Source: Lytechinus pictus
Taxonomy: Eukaryota
Reading direction: 5' to 3'
DNA: 64,000 bases
NCBI RefSeq assembly: GCF_037042905.1
Contig: NC_087256.1
Location: 31,000,001-31,064,000, forward strand
The position numbers and the translations under genes are program-made. Numbering within the stretch: position 1 is the stretch's first letter; each line of letters begins with the position of its first letter. The notes below the pieces were generated by a model. It saw only the letters and a program-made list of their open reading frames with translations, did not search any database and had not been told where the DNA came from. Below are positions 13,857 through 28,600 of this stretch, piece by piece.

Positions 13857-14383
13857 TGTTTGGTTAATTTGTTACGAATCGAGTGACAAATATCAGATAA
13901 ATTATGAACACATAATTTGTTATTTGCCGTTCAATTTGTGTCAAGTGCGTCGATTTTAATGGGATGTTCAACCTGACAATAAGTTGGATTTAATGAAATA
14001 ATAATATATATATATATATATATTGGTAAAGTTTTAAGGAAAATGCATCAAAGAATAGGAGAGTTATGAATTTGGAGTATGAAGATTGGAATTTTGGTAT
14101 CATATGCAAGTACCCCCCCTATATAGTTATAGTATATTCAATTTTTTTTTAAACATTATTAATACAAATATTTCTTTTAATATAATGGAGTATGAAATAA
14201 TATGTGATATGATATATCCCCCGCAGAAATAAAATCACTTTTTTTTTCTTTAGAAAATGAAATTTTGGGAACTCATATCACACGGCATATGAAGAAACAG
14301 CTCGTCTGTAACGTCGCAAAGGCAACATTTTATCCGCTTTTATTAAAATTAACTTATATTTTCCGAGTTAACTGCTCCTTTAA

Positions 14384-15015
14384 AGGACAAGTCCACCCCA
14401 ACAAAAAGTTGATTTGAACAAAAAGAGAAAAATCCAAGAAGCATAACACTGGAAATTTAATCAAAATCGGATGTAAAATAGGAAAGTTATGACATTTTAA
14501 AGTTTTGCTAAATTTCACAAAACAGTTATGAGGGGACTGATGACGTCACTCACTCACTATTTATTTTGTATTCTATTATATGATAAATGAAATATTTTAA
14601 TTTTCTCCTCATTGGAAGGTGACACAAGTTTTTTTCCTCCATGAACATGGGGAATTACAATTGTTCTAACATTTTATGGTTAAGTAAAGCTGGTCCTTAT
14701 TGTCAAATCTGTAAAAATTGAAATATTGTATAATTCAAACAATAAAAAACAAAAGAAATTGTGAGTGAGGGACATCATCGACTCTCTCATTCGTGTGTTG
14801 CCGAGTTGTGCATATAACTGTTTTGTGAAAAATAAGCGAAACTTTAAAATGTTTGTTTGTTTTTATTTCCGAATCAGATAAAAAAAATACACAATATACA
14901 AGAGAGATACATACAATAACAGAGGATCTCCCAATTCAGCTGTATTTTCAAAATACTGCTGTTCTTCCTTGGGGTCCTACATTTACCATACAAAGTAATA
15001 TACACCATAAAAATA

Positions 15016-15047
<32 letters not shown>

Positions 15048-17308
15048 ATTTCAGAGTAAAATACATTGACAGAAAAAAAAAAAAAAAATTACTAAGACAA
15101 AAAGAAAAAAGAAATACAAATGCTCAATCTAAATAATTATATAATAGAGTATGAAAGGAACTTAAAGTTGGTGCATTACGAATTTCATTGGGCAATTGAT
15201 TATAAATTGATATGCCCCTATAGAAAAATGTCTTTTTACAATTGTTAGAATTTGGTTTGGGTAAATTAAGGTTTTGGTTCGAACGAAGCGAATAATTTAA
15301 AGTTCTTCTAAAAATGTTATCAGACATATAGTTTGGAAAAAGATTGTGCAATATTTTATAAATCATTGTACATAAATGCTTTTTATAGCGGCATTCAAGA
15401 AATTCCCAATTCAAAGTCTCATGCATATGTTGATTGGAGACAAAAGAGTAGGGATTTATTTTCATAATTATACGGCCAGCTCTATTCTGGAGTTTTTGAA
15501 GGGCTGACAGAGAACCTTGTGGAGCTGAATACCAAATGACGTTAGCGTAATCAAAATGTGGCAAAATGGCGGATTTGTATATCAAATTTAAGCTTGATTC
15601 GTTAACAACATGTCTTAACCGTCCAAGAAAACTAACCAGTTTACTGATTTTCTGACACATGTTATGTATATGAATATCCCATTTCAATTCAGCGTCAATG
15701 TGAATTCCGAGATATTTCGTAGTATTAACTTTTTGGATGTTGGTATTGTTTATTTTTACATCTAGTGCATTACACTTGGACAACATATATCTCGTACCAA
15801 AGAGCATACTGACAGTCTTCGTATAGTTAACCAATAACTTGTTTTGAGACATCCACTTATCAAAAACTTGCATATCTGTGTTTAAAGTGGATTCCACAAC
15901 TTTAACATCTTTGTCGGAATAATATATAACCGTATCATCTGCATAAAGATGAACACGACATGATTGAAAAACGTTAGGTAAGTCATTAATGAAAATACAA
16001 AATAGCAAGGGGCCAAGAAGTGAGCCCTGAGGCACGCCATGGGTTAAATATTGTTCATTGGACAAAGCATCGTTGACCTTAGTCACTATCCTCCTCCCAG
16101 TTAAATAACTCCCGAACCACTGAAGTACTACACCTTTTATCCCAATATTAGACAATTTGTTCAACATAACATAGTGAACGACTGTGTCGAAGGCTTTTCG
16201 TAAGTCCACGAAGATTGCCCCAGTGTATTCACCTTTATCCATGGCCAAAAACCATTCATCTGTTACCGTAACAAGTGCAGTCACAGTAGAGTGTTTTGCC
16301 CTGAATCCCGATTGAACTGGCACTAATACATTGTTGGCGTTAAGATGATGTGATAACTGTAACAAAACTATACGTTCAAGTACTTTCGAAATACAAGGCA
16401 GTAAAGATATTGGCCTATAATTATCGGGGTTTAACTTATCTCCTTTTTTATGTAGCGGTATTATCTTCGCAATTTTCCACTGTTCTGGAACATTGCCCTC
16501 TATAATAGATTTATTAATCAAATGAGTTATAGACTTAATCAATATATCAGCACATGCTTTCAGAACCTGAACCGATATTCCATCGACCCCGACCGATTTT
16601 TTATTTTTCAATTTATTAATTACATCCATTACCTGAGCCTCAGAGACAACCGTAAATGAGGACATAATGTTATGACATGGTACTGACTCTGAACTAGTAA
16701 TATTCACTTCATTCTCCCTAAGCTTATGTTTACTTAACAAATTTGTGGTGACATTAGCAAAGTGTTCATTAAATTCAGAAGCTTTACTGAAGGAATCATC
16801 GCACGATAGATTGGATGTTGCACTATTACTTGGCAAAAAAGATTTAAGAACATTCCACGTTTGGTTTCTACCAGAGCACTCAGATAGTTTATTCATATAA
16901 TATTGTTTCTTAGTTTTCCTGATAACATAAGTGACTTTATTTCTCAGCCGCCTATACTCCTTCCACAACTGTTCATCATTTTGAGAAACCGCTTTCTTTT
17001 TTGCTTTATCTCTTTTTCTCATTAATCTATAGATTGACTCGTTCAGCCAGGGGGAGTATTTTTTGCGCATGCGCTTTGTCTTTATCGGCATGTGTTTGTT
17101 AATAACCAGTAACACCTTTTCTTCCCATTTCTTAACGGCATCACCCAAATTAACAATAGCCTCAATTTCTTTCCAGTTTTGCTCAATGAGATCTCAAAAT
17201 GTCATAACTTTCTTATTTTACATCCGATTTTGATGAAATTTTCAACGTTATTCTTGTTTGATTTTTCTCTATTGATTCAAATCAACATTTCTAGGGTGGA
17301 CTTGACCT
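14384..17308. mobile_element. Kolobok-like MITE split by the LINE
   Basis: TTAA-AGGACAAGTCCACCC ... GGGTGGACTTGACCT-TTAA with long imperfect inverted arms. TTAA TSD with AG termini fits Kolobok. Confidence 0.8.
14853..17195 (-). mobile_element. 5'-truncated non-LTR retrotransposon (CR1/L2/Crack group) with intact RT ORF 17148-15124
   Basis: RT motifs NYRPISLLP, QSGFRAKHST, FVDLRKAFDTV, GVPQGSLLGPLLF, LYADDT, KYLGI. Frame open up to the 5' junction, no endonuclease domain. 3' UTR stem-loop, AATAAA and (AAAC)n tail. TSD AAAATGT at 14846-14852 and 17196-17202. Confidence 0.95.
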
Positions 17309-17963
17309 TTAAAGTCATTCAGATATATTTCGTAATTAACAAAGTTCATTAAAACATTTCCGATATAGTTCCAAGTTATCATAATATAATTATGCAACAG
17401 ACATCAACACTGAAAAAAAAATCATTATTCCTCAAACATGTCAGTTGACAAAAATGTGGGGTTTTTTGACAGAGTTTAGTCATGTTAGTTAAAATGACAA
17501 ATAAAGTGTGATGCCATAGAGAAACAGTTCCCCCAATTAAGAAAATGCGGCAACGTGATTCGATGATAATTTTATGATATGTGTAAATCAAATAGAATCA
17601 GAGTATCGTCTCTCATCAGGTTTGTTTGAAAAAATAAATGCGCGAACTACTATGCTCAAACCGTCGTGAAGATTCACACGCTTGGTAGTTGAAGCCTATC
17701 GAACGTAGACGGCGCTAGAACTGTGAGCTCTTCGTCACCATCGTGCTGCCGTGTATAAGCAGATGAGGCTATTTCAAAAAGTTAGATTCATTGTGATCTC
17801 CGTTTTGATGATCTTTGTGATCAGTGGAAGATGGAACAATCTCGGATTACGACAGTCACTGGACATACGGATCGACTGAATGTCATACTACATTAAAAGA
17901 GACGAGCGCCACCTCACGGTTTGACGGCTTCAACCATCCACAACTTAATTCATTTCTACATAT

Positions 17964-18158
17964 GAAATTTTTCTGCAATTGAACAGAACAGGTCTGTTTA
18001 AAAAGGGGAAAAGGGGGTTTTATGAAAGGAAATTTGTAAGGTTCCATACACCAAATACCAATTTCCTGTAAGATTGCGCAATCTGGTAAGATTACAGGTT
18101 TTCTCGAGACTCTGCTGCAGGAACTTCTTTTATTTTAGGGATAAATTTTCTAACAGTG
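17964..18158. mobile_element. Partial CACTG/TA MITE (right half)
   Basis: Colinear with ~41353-41738 without the nested insert. Ends TTTCTAACAGTG-TA. Confidence 0.65.
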
Positions 18159-21100
18159 TAGCGATGTAAAGGTGGGGGAAGCACCTTAGTTTAAGAAAGA
18201 GACAAGTCTTCTCGATTGTGCCCTATTTTTTTCATGCTAGCTATTGAGAAGGAAGATCGAGGAGATTTTTTTTTCTGGCTGGATATGACTGATTTCAAGA
18301 CAATAAGGTTATTTTAGACGAAAGAACCAGTCTTATTGTACATGATGGTTTAATACAATACGAGATATACCGTTTCCATCGCATATAGGCAAATGTACCA
18401 GGAAATAATCATTCTGAGAGGTACACTGACAGATCCGAGTTCACAAAACTCATCGATTATGGTAATGGTTCGATTGGATATATAAGTGTGGTAATTATGG
18501 TAAATGTTTTTATTCAAAGAGTCAAATTGACCACCGGTTCAGTTACTTTCGGTTTGTTGACCTGCATGTTTTATTTTCCCTTAAACCACTTCCTTGTATA
18601 GAGGGATATTTATTTTATACGCGGTTTTGTTTTTACTTGAATTAATATGATTTGCCTTATCGTTATTCACACCACTGTAAAATTTCGTCCTAGTTTATAC
18701 CTGTACTGCTTCACATTTGTGATTTGGTTTGGTTTTCTTTCTATATGCAATGTGTATTTTAAAATCTTTTCAGGAACAAGATGCAAAACCAGTTAGTAAA
18801 TTTCGGTTCTACTTTATCCAAAATAAGTTCTTATAGAAATTTATTCACTTATACTAAGTATGATATTAAGAATATTTTATCAAATATTGTGAATTGATTA
18901 TATCATCAAGGTATTTTATTTTTTTTATCGTTCGCATTATCATATCTATATTTTGTTTTCGTATGAAAATTCATGACAACGCATAGTGACACGTCAACAT
19001 ATATATTTATTCACTTCGGTTGCCATGACAACGCAAACATAAACCTACTATTCGAAAACAATTCGGAAACGATGAAAATGAGACAAATTAGATCAAATCC
19101 AAACGAAAACCAAGAACATATTTGTGCAGACACCTGTAGTGATGGCAATGTTATCTCTTCATGCCATCACTACACAAATTACAAACCAGTAAATAGGAAT
19201 TATTCTTATGAAAACGATATATACCGCTGAGGAAATCATTGATTTCTTGCCAAACCAATTATATACGTCTAGACGATAAGGTGTTCAGTGCCTCTTTCTC
19301 GTCTTTCGCCGATAAAAAGGTATATAGTCCTGTAATTATGTACCCCCACTAAAAAGGCTTGTTATGATTTACCATACCAAAAATATAGCAGAGAAGGATT
19401 TATTTTCAGTTTATTTTGATTTATTGTTATTTGAAGGTTTTTTTTTAAAGTACTTTTTTTTTAATCTTTATTATTTTTACTGTGAATTTGTAGGTAGTTT
19501 GAGTTCCCTTTGTTATAGCCGAACAACCAATCCAGAGAGTACATTGGTTGATATTCTGGAATCAGTATTTCTTGTTTTTAAATTTCTATTTCGTATTCAT
19601 ATATATATTTTTGAAAATGTAATTTCCATATCTTCTACAAAGCATTATGGAAAGAAAATCATAATAATCTAACGGTTTTCAATTTGAACATTGTAGTTTA
19701 CGTTAGAGTAAGCATATGTTTCGAATAAATGTTTATTCGATTAGTTTTATTGCATAAAACTAATCATTAATTTTGACGCTGTGGAAAATGTCAAATAACA
19801 CGGTAACGGGGATAAACAGCCAATCAAAATCAAGCTTTCATTGGCGTCTCCCACTTACATCAAAGTTACCTCTAATGGGAAATTACACGGAGTGAAATTC
19901 AGTGTTTGTCATTGACCCACAAAATAATTTGAAAGTGAATATAATTTACAATGAACGAATGATTGTGCAATATGCATTATTATATGATTTAGAAAAATAT
20001 TCCTAATATTGTAATCCGTCCAGTATTTCACTAATCATTAACATGCTATTACGGACTACGATATTCATTTATTTAAAAAACATTTAAGAAGATTATCCTC
20101 ACCAAAACAAGATGTCAGGCAAACTGTGTAAGTTTGTCATGTTAGTATCGTGTTTATTGCTTTCTCCTTATTTCTACACGTAACACCATCGGACATGCAA
20201 ACAGGCGAGATATATTTTTGAGCGAAATATATAATAATATAAATGTATGATGGCATAAAAAGCCCCGTTTTAATCAATCCTTGGGTAAACACGAAAAAAG
20301 TTTAAATCAACATCATTATTTCCTAATGCAAAGTATTAACGGGGGTCAGTGACCTTGTTCTTCCGGCAGATCAATACGTCATTCTCCTATAAATAACTTG
20401 CAGCTATTGCGATTCAGCTGTGGCTTTTTCTTACAGTTATCATTTCATTTTCATAATAGTAACAAAATATTTAATTTTGCCGACCGCATAGGCCATTCGC
20501 TAGAGGGAGAATGGAATTGTTTATTTTTGTTTGTGAAAATGGGACTATTTTACACTCTGCCAAGCAGAGTTACATTTGTGGTATCACTGAGATATCATCC
20601 TCATCAATCACTTTCTTATAAGCGTGAGTGGATTTATATGTGTGTGTGTGGGTGAATGAGTGGGTGGGTGTGAAGGAAGGTCGGGGCTCCAAAATCTATC
20701 AGAATCTGTATGGAAATGAGGCTAGTTGCAATTATGAAAGGAACATTTTTTTAAAGAAATGTAAATGGCAAAACTGTTTGATGAAGAAAGGCTAATGAAA
20801 CAAATCTCTGACGAATAAAAAGGAAGATACATCTCTCTGTACTTGACACAAAACATTTATAATTTCAACACCTTTTTAGTTTTCAACGAATTTAACGAAA
20901 TTGGCTACGGCGGACAAATGCAATTTCTAATAACTATCAAATATATTCTTGAGGGCATTGGTGATGTCATGGGTTCCCAAAATCTGAATTTTGACTTGAA
21001 TATCATACAATATTAATAACGTTTATTTCTTTATATCTATATATCTTTCTGTCTTTAAAACCCTAATATTATCCGTTATCTGATATATCATGTATCACAC

Positions 21101-22459
21101 TCGATTTCCACATCATCCATGAAACGGTAAGAACAGTAGCCATTAAAAATTGACATGCTTTGCTATGTTTGGAGGAGGGGAGGGGGGGGGGGAGCTCCGA
21201 TAGAATCTTTTTCCATTACTTTGCTTCTCTGGTTAACTTTCCGATTTCCACCACAGGCAAATCATATCATATGGTTTTATATCATAATGTTTACTTTGCA
21301 TAAAGTCCTCTTATGTACTGTGGACCATGGACCTACCATGCCGGTGAACCAACCGGAGGGGATGCCGGGAGCGGAGTGGAGGCGACATGGAGTTCGTGAC
21401 GATGGGGAATTGGCGTCCCGTTGCGAAGCAACGAGGGTATTTGAAGTAGATTTCGATTTATTCTTTTAAAGAAATTTGATGTGTTAACAAGACCCACATC
21501 GATGACATTTCTTAGCGTTTTTAGAGTTGTCATAAACCAAGAAATACAAAATAGGTTTTGAATCAATATTTCGGTAGGAGATGACTTTTTTGCTTATCTT
21601 TCTTGCGTTTTATTTATCATAATGCGACCTAAATTTTGAGCTTAATTGGTAGGAGATTAACACGATTGTACGTGTAAAAGCAGTCATCCGTTTCTTTGAG
21701 CACTATTTATTCATTGATTCTTTTATCGATTATTCTGTTCACGTTCAGGGGTTTGATATCATCATCGATTTCGTTCTGGAGGTTTTAAAAAAATATGTCT
21801 TCGTCTTTCCATTGTCACGTGAGCTATAATATGCGATCTGCTGAAAATTGATTGGTTGGATATACGTAAGCAAACACGTGTTCTTATTTTCAATCCCTTC
21901 TCTTTTTCGTGATGATTTTTATGACGCTACTTAATTCTTTGCTTTAGACCGGTGTTTCTTCCTATTCATCAAAATAAATATTAACTGATTACATAATTAT
22001 ACTGATTAATTTGAATTAAAGATCCATAAACGATCGAACAATCCTCACTTTACTCGGTCGAAAGCTTCGATTCACTGTAAACAAATGAGTCAGGTCCCCT
22101 GTCTGGGCAACCATTGACTTAGATTGATTTGCCAAATGTATCAGATGGTTTTACGTTTCTTCGAAAACTTCATAAACATGTTGAATGACAGATATACCGT
22201 GTAGGTGTCCGCTAAAGATCTGTGACATTTTACTTTGGCATTGATAAATTAGGCCGCTGGTGTCTTTATAAAGCATTTGAAATGAAAAGAATTGCTTCGT
22301 GGATATGAAGGGAACCTTCTGTATTATATGCCCTTTATACTAATAAATCAATGGCCCCTTTGAAGCCTGGTTTCAGTTAGGCTATGGTCTATGTACTAAA
22401 AATTATAGGAAGCAGAATTCGTTACATTTCTACATCATGCATATGTTTTCTCCATGCTT

Positions 22460-22586
22460 TGTAAATTCAATGTTATTATCATTCAATGTACTGGGAACTA
22501 CTACTCACAAGTTTTTTATAAACTTTTCTGTAGTTTCCAATCATTTTTATGCTGAGAAAATAAATAAATTGAACTGAACTGAACTA
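22460..22586 (+). mobile_element. Orphan LINE 3' tail remnant
   Basis: Hairpin GGGAACTAC...GTAGTTTCC, AATAAATAAA, (TGAAC)n tail. Confidence 0.5.
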
Positions 22587-24652
22587 ATGGAGAAAGGTAT
22601 TCTTACTATTTATACTACAAGACATTAAATGATTTGGGTGTCATACATGTATGGGCTCATAAATAGATATTTTTGTCACAATTGGTTATCCGTAGTTAAA
22701 CCACACCTTTGCTCCAGACTATAAATTAAACCCAAGGTCATAATACCGGCCATTGTGATTTTTATTTTGTTTTGATAAGTGTGATGAATGTAGCGCTTAG
22801 CGTTTTTATTAGGTATGCACGAAGAGTGAATTAATATTTTCGTTTTGACTTAATTTAACTATGTTCAAATTCGATTTTATTTCAAACAGACCATAAAAAA
22901 TAATACAAATGTGTGTATATACAAACTACAAGTAGAAAGAGTCGTAAAAATAGAAAAATGATGATCACAGAAATAAAAGCGATTATTAAGATAGAAATAG
23001 ACTATACACACAAAGAGACACTACACATTTATGGTAGAATTCGAGAACCTTTTTACATGAAAGTATGTCTCACCATAATAGCTCCATGTTCACACCATAG
23101 CGCATGCTTTTTGTGTGTGTACGGTAAGTATAGGTATCTGGTATTTCGGGGAGCATTGTGCAATTTTACTATACAACCGAGGACATCTTCGTTGGGAATC
23201 GAGTATTTTTTAACGTTACCCCTATTATGAGAGAACGGGGGGGGGGGGGGGAGGGGGTGCCATCATCACAGGGAGAAGGGCAAAGAGTGAACACCTTAGT
23301 ATTTTCACATACTGTAAAAAACGAAAGAAAAACGAGGGGATGAATTAAGAAAAAAAAAACAGAGAAAGAAAAAGAAGAAAAAGAATCAAATCACTTTTAG
23401 ATCTCTTGCCCCCCCCCCCCTCCCCTAGACATAACATGACTTCTCTCCTGTGCAAGAACATTTCATATGGGATCGTTTGCACTGGCCTCGCGTACCGATG
23501 ACGTCTTAGGTGTTCTGTGTGTGCTCGGTTCAAATGTGAAGTTCGTTTGTGTGTCCTCGTTTTCCACCATGGGCCAATTCACCCATACATACACCCAAAA
23601 AAATTACGCCGGTATGCAAGATAAGGGAATGTAATAGAAAATAAAGTTTATTATAACGAAATCATTATTATTATTTTTTTGGAGGGGGATGATAAGCTAT
23701 TGTATTTGTCACATCTAGCCAAAATATTTGATAAGCAACACTTATATATGAAAATTATTCGTGTTCTCATCGCAACTGATACTCCTTTTTTTCATGTTAC
23801 TCGATTCACACCTTACTAATTTTCATGGAAAATTATCATACAATTACTTCTTATAATCATGTAAATGAAAGAGCATATTTGATTGTAAAAGATGATAGCA
23901 TATAATTGATTTTAAAAGATTTTGATTTAACCTTAATTCTTCGGGCAAGCACCATGGACCCCATGAATACGAAATTGGTAGTGAAAGGGCGAGGTGACCA
24001 ACCTCTAAATTGCTTGTTGGATGAGGGGGCGGACCAAATAGTTGACTCTCATCATCAATTACTTCGGTAATTCTCGGGGCTAAATATCATGTTTGGGGAA
24101 TCAATTTGGTATCAAGCATGTTATAGACATGGGGCTGAGTGGGTGCCTCGAAGGCGAATGAGCTACCGATTAGGTGGTGACAAGTATAGTCAAAACTAAA
24201 TCTGTTTCTGCTCTTGAAATTGGTTAACTCTAGCTCGAGGTGTAAATTACGCACGTGCACTAGGTCCCGACGCTTATATTTCATGTAAACAATCCAACTA
24301 TACATTGTAACTGTTGTAGTAGTCAATTATAAGGAGTGAATTTCCAAGATCTCCATGATCACTTTTTTTTTACATCGGAGACAATGTTGAAGCGATGTTT
24401 CATATACACGAGTGTAATAATGTAAGATATGAACTCCCCAATAATGTAGAACTCTTGATTTAAACTAATAACAAATATGAAATCTATTATCTTTCGTGTG
24501 TGCACCTATTTGTTTGACTTTATTTATTCACGGTAAAATACACAATATAAAGTCGCCCGCAATCAGCATATTGACGTTTTTCATCAAGGCCGTGATAACT
24601 ACAAGAAAGTTACAAGAATATTTTATATTTCTTTTTAGGTAATATGAATTTT

Positions 24653-25632
24653 CACCGAAACTGCCGAATACCATGTGTTTTCTTTATTTGCATGATGTTC
24701 ATATAGTATTTAGTTACTATCCATTGCAGTATAATACAATATGATGAATTTGTAATATTTTAATTTTTTTCAAAACTTAAAATGTAACGACTTCCATCGA
24801 ATACAGCATTTTACTTATAGAGATGGTAAAAATACAAATTAATTTTTTCCGGCTGTCTGAGCTTGATGAAGACCAAAACACAAGCCACGAGAGGATTTGG
24901 ATGAATATTCAGGACTGTGTGGGATCGATATAATGACACGAAAATATTTTAAATTTTAGGTTTTATTAGGGCAGTATGGATATACACCGAAATTGCCGAA
25001 TATCATACTATGTTTTCTTTATTTGCATGAAGTTCATAATTTTTAGTTACTATCCAGTGCAGTATAATACAGTATGATACGATATAATATCGTTATTTTC
25101 AAAACTTAAAAAATATAAAGACTTCCATCGAATATAGCCTTTTACTTAAAGGTATTGTTTATTTAAACTTTGTGAGCAGCGGATTTAAAAAATTCTCAAA
25201 CCAAGATGAAACATGTGTACAAGTGCATGTATTAGAATTAATAAACCCTGAAAACAACCATTATTGAGAATGAAAAGCTAAAACTACAAGGCAAACCCCG
25301 ATTTTGTAAATAGGCGTCTTATAGACGCCTAAATAGTACACATAAGTGTATGGGATGAAATTAAGATGGTGTTTTCGGTCACTTTATATTTCAATTTTTG
25401 AAGCACTAAATAATTATTTTCGAACGCAATTTTTTCTGGGCTTCATTTTTGTAACACATCACAGACACAGGTGACAAGTGTGACCTTCTAGCTCAGATTT
25501 TTAAAAAGTCGAACCAATGTTAACCAATCACTTTAAAAGATGCTAGAATTACAAATAAAAAAATAAACTCTTTGTCCCTGCTGTCTGAGAAAAGTTAGTC
25601 AAAGTCAAAGCAGAGTCCGTGTGGGATCAATA
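24653..25632. repeat. Old direct duplication (copies start at 24653 and 24985), second copy interrupted
   Basis: Shared CACCGAAA(C/T)TGCCGAATA, TTTTCTTTATTTGCATGA, GACTTCCATCGAATA, GCTGTCTGAG, GTGTGGGATC. Confidence 0.8.
25150..25532. mobile_element. TTAA-flanked Kolobok-like non-autonomous element
   Basis: TTAA at 25146-25149 and 25533-25536, imperfect TIRs AGGTATTGTTTA / TAACCAATCACT. Absent from the paralogous tandem copy at ~24815. Confidence 0.7.
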
Positions 25633-28600
25633 CCAGTCAGTCAATTGCATGGTTGTAACTTTGGCGTGAATCATTTTCTCCGAACCTTTAAATTTAGTCA
25701 TCAATAATGCGTGTTTCGCCAGATTAATACCCATTATGTTTTGTGGAGCAGCTCGACAGGCGATTGCTCGTTAGCGAGCCGGACCACACGGCGTCACATC
25801 CATCCCTCACCAGGTACTTTGCCTTAGTCAGACTCGTCATCGAATGACAGGGAGACCCAAAACAATCTCTTCATTTTTCTCGCCTTATTAGAAAGTAGCC
25901 AAACCAAAAGGAAGTAATTATAGGCTAAAACCTGCCCCTCCCATTATAGCGGTTTGATTACAACTCTTTTTTTTTCTGTTTCAGGGAATAGCTTGGTGAT
26001 GCTTGGTACGAAAATAACTACATTATATTCAAAGCAATCGGAGTTCACTCATTAAACAGTTTTTGTATAAACAATGGGCTGCGAAACATATCTATGTATT
26101 TAGTGTAAACTCTAAAAAAATTATTACTGTGATCGTTCCTGTCATTGCTATCATTAACATTAGGAAACTTGGTACATTAATTTATATAGGAGATTTATTT
26201 GGCTTATATTATTTGTTTATGCTACATACAAGACTTTAATTGCAGTTCATGAATACAGTGTGATTTTTTTTATTAGCAAAATATGAATATTCAATAATAA
26301 GGGTATAATAGTGTATGGGTATATATATAACAATAATGATATGTCCACCCATGGTTTAGATGTGAGATTCAGGGAAGGATTAGAATGGAAATACGAAGAT
26401 TTAGTTTTTTCACTGAATTCACAAATTTTTCTAGCATGCCAAAATCCATTTAATGAATTTTGTCATTGTAGGCAAAATCAGTTTTAGAATTTCTAGAAAT
26501 TTGATTTTTGCTGATACACGCGTCCGCATCAGATGGTTCAATAGCTAACAAGATATCAAATACACACACTCTTAAAATAGTTGGGCAAAAAATGCCCAAG
26601 TTTTAACTGACCCTGGGAAACATACTGTCCACACAACTATTGGTTAAAATAAGCCCAAATTGGGTAATAAAAACCAATAATTGGGTAATATTTTTTTTTT
26701 ATATTTCAATTGTTATTTGTATTTATTTATTTTTTTAAATTTATTTATTACAATTCTTTTTGCAGAGTAACCTGTTTAGCTTTATACCAAAAATATGTCA
26801 AATTACCCAATATGCGAAATTAAAATGTTCATTAAAGAATCACTGTTCTTCCACAGAGCTCTGCATTATTATCTCCATATATAAAACACAACCATAATTG
26901 ATAACATGAAGAAACTAAAATATATCATTATAAAAATCATCACATGAAAAAACCCAATAGATACATTATTTATCAAAATAAGACTCAGATTGAGAAAGCA
27001 AAAGAAAATGGAAAGAGAGAGTGACAGAGAGAGAGAGAGGCAAAGAAAGTCGAGGAGTGGCTATGAAAAAACAAAGACAATGAAATCTACGACAAAATGA
27101 TAACTTTGGGGGAACTTTCAAGATAAAAAATTACATAGATTCTAGCCTTGAAACGTCCTTACCCTTTTCTTAAGCTTATTAAAATATACCAATTTTAACT
27201 CTAGTCAGCACAGCCGCATATACGACCTGGTTATCTTTTGAAACTTAGTTCCATAAGAATACAGTTACAGTTATACCATTTGTAATACTGACGGACCGAT
27301 ATAGGAAGTTTGATTGATTTAACAAAATGATTGTTTGGAAATAGACGAATCCAAAACAGTTTGACGGATATATAGGAAAAATCATTTAGATTCGCCTTGT
27401 AATGCCATCTTAACTAGGAAGGAGGGAATCACTTAAATAAGAGAAGTGACCCTAGACTGACACATGGTGTATGCATCAATGGATTACTTCCCAACTATCA
27501 GGGGCATGTATTATAAAGGACTTAGCATTATATGGTAATTTTACCAGTATGGTATCTTCCATGATAAAACATTGATCCAGCCAATCATAGATCAAGGTTT
27601 TCATGGTAGATATCTTACGACCAAATTTACCAACATTGTGACTTTTTGAGAAACGAGCCATTGTTTACAATACGTCATATTTCTCACCCTGAAAAGATTA
27701 ACACTTTGCAAAGATTCATTTTTCACAACGCAAAGCAAATGAATGATACTGAGGTACCATGCGAAAAGAAAGACAATCGATCGTATAATGTGTCAACTGC
27801 TTCCAAACGGGGCACCTCTTTGTTCTGTAAGTATACATTCCCTCTTCTACTGGAAATGTCGTTTATTTATAATCAACAAACGGTACAAAGAATAAAATAG
27901 ACTGTATGAATATAAAGACTTTGATTCATCAAACTGATCATAAAGCACAAAACCTTCATAGAAAAAGATCAAGTCGATGCTTTTATCGGGGTGTATGAGG
28001 CATGTTATTGTTGGACGATATCAATATGAACGACGTCTCCAATTCGCTCCAGTTAACTCTTCCACTCTGCGCCATTCTCTGGCGCCGGGTAGATCTGTCA
28101 CTACCCAATCAGACGACCACCAAAAGGGGGAGACTGCACTAGACCCTTGCCATCAGGGTTCGACCAACTCCGTCACGCCATCTGGGCAATGCGATCTGAA
28201 ATAGAGAGAAACCAATGGTGTAATTTGCTAATGGGCAAATCAATCAAAATATGAGTGGACTTGTGATGGAATAACCAGAGACTACATCGCAACAAATCTA
28301 TTCAATGTAACTGCCAGGCCAAACAGCAAGTTAAACAAGCAGTGATATGGGTATATTGATGGTTATTGAATCAATCTATTTCAAATGTCCTATATATCCT
28401 TCTTGACTTCACCCCTCAGAATTTGGCATCTCCTCTCTTTAATTGTTTGGACCTTGCAGAGCAGGTCGATGAATGGTGTCTGTTGAGTAGTTATCAGGGT
28501 TAAGGGATAAGACAAGGTGTTAACAAAATCCAAGAAAGAATCGCAAGCTTGCATCCCACAGATTTATTCAATTCCCAGTCTTTGAGGTTTTGGTGTTAAC

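Noticed and set aside
28440-28580. DWEL...PFIDL resemblance to the DIRS methyltransferase-like domain (minus strand)
   Set aside because: Spacing too long, intervening stop, and no RT/RNase H or recombinase motifs nearby.
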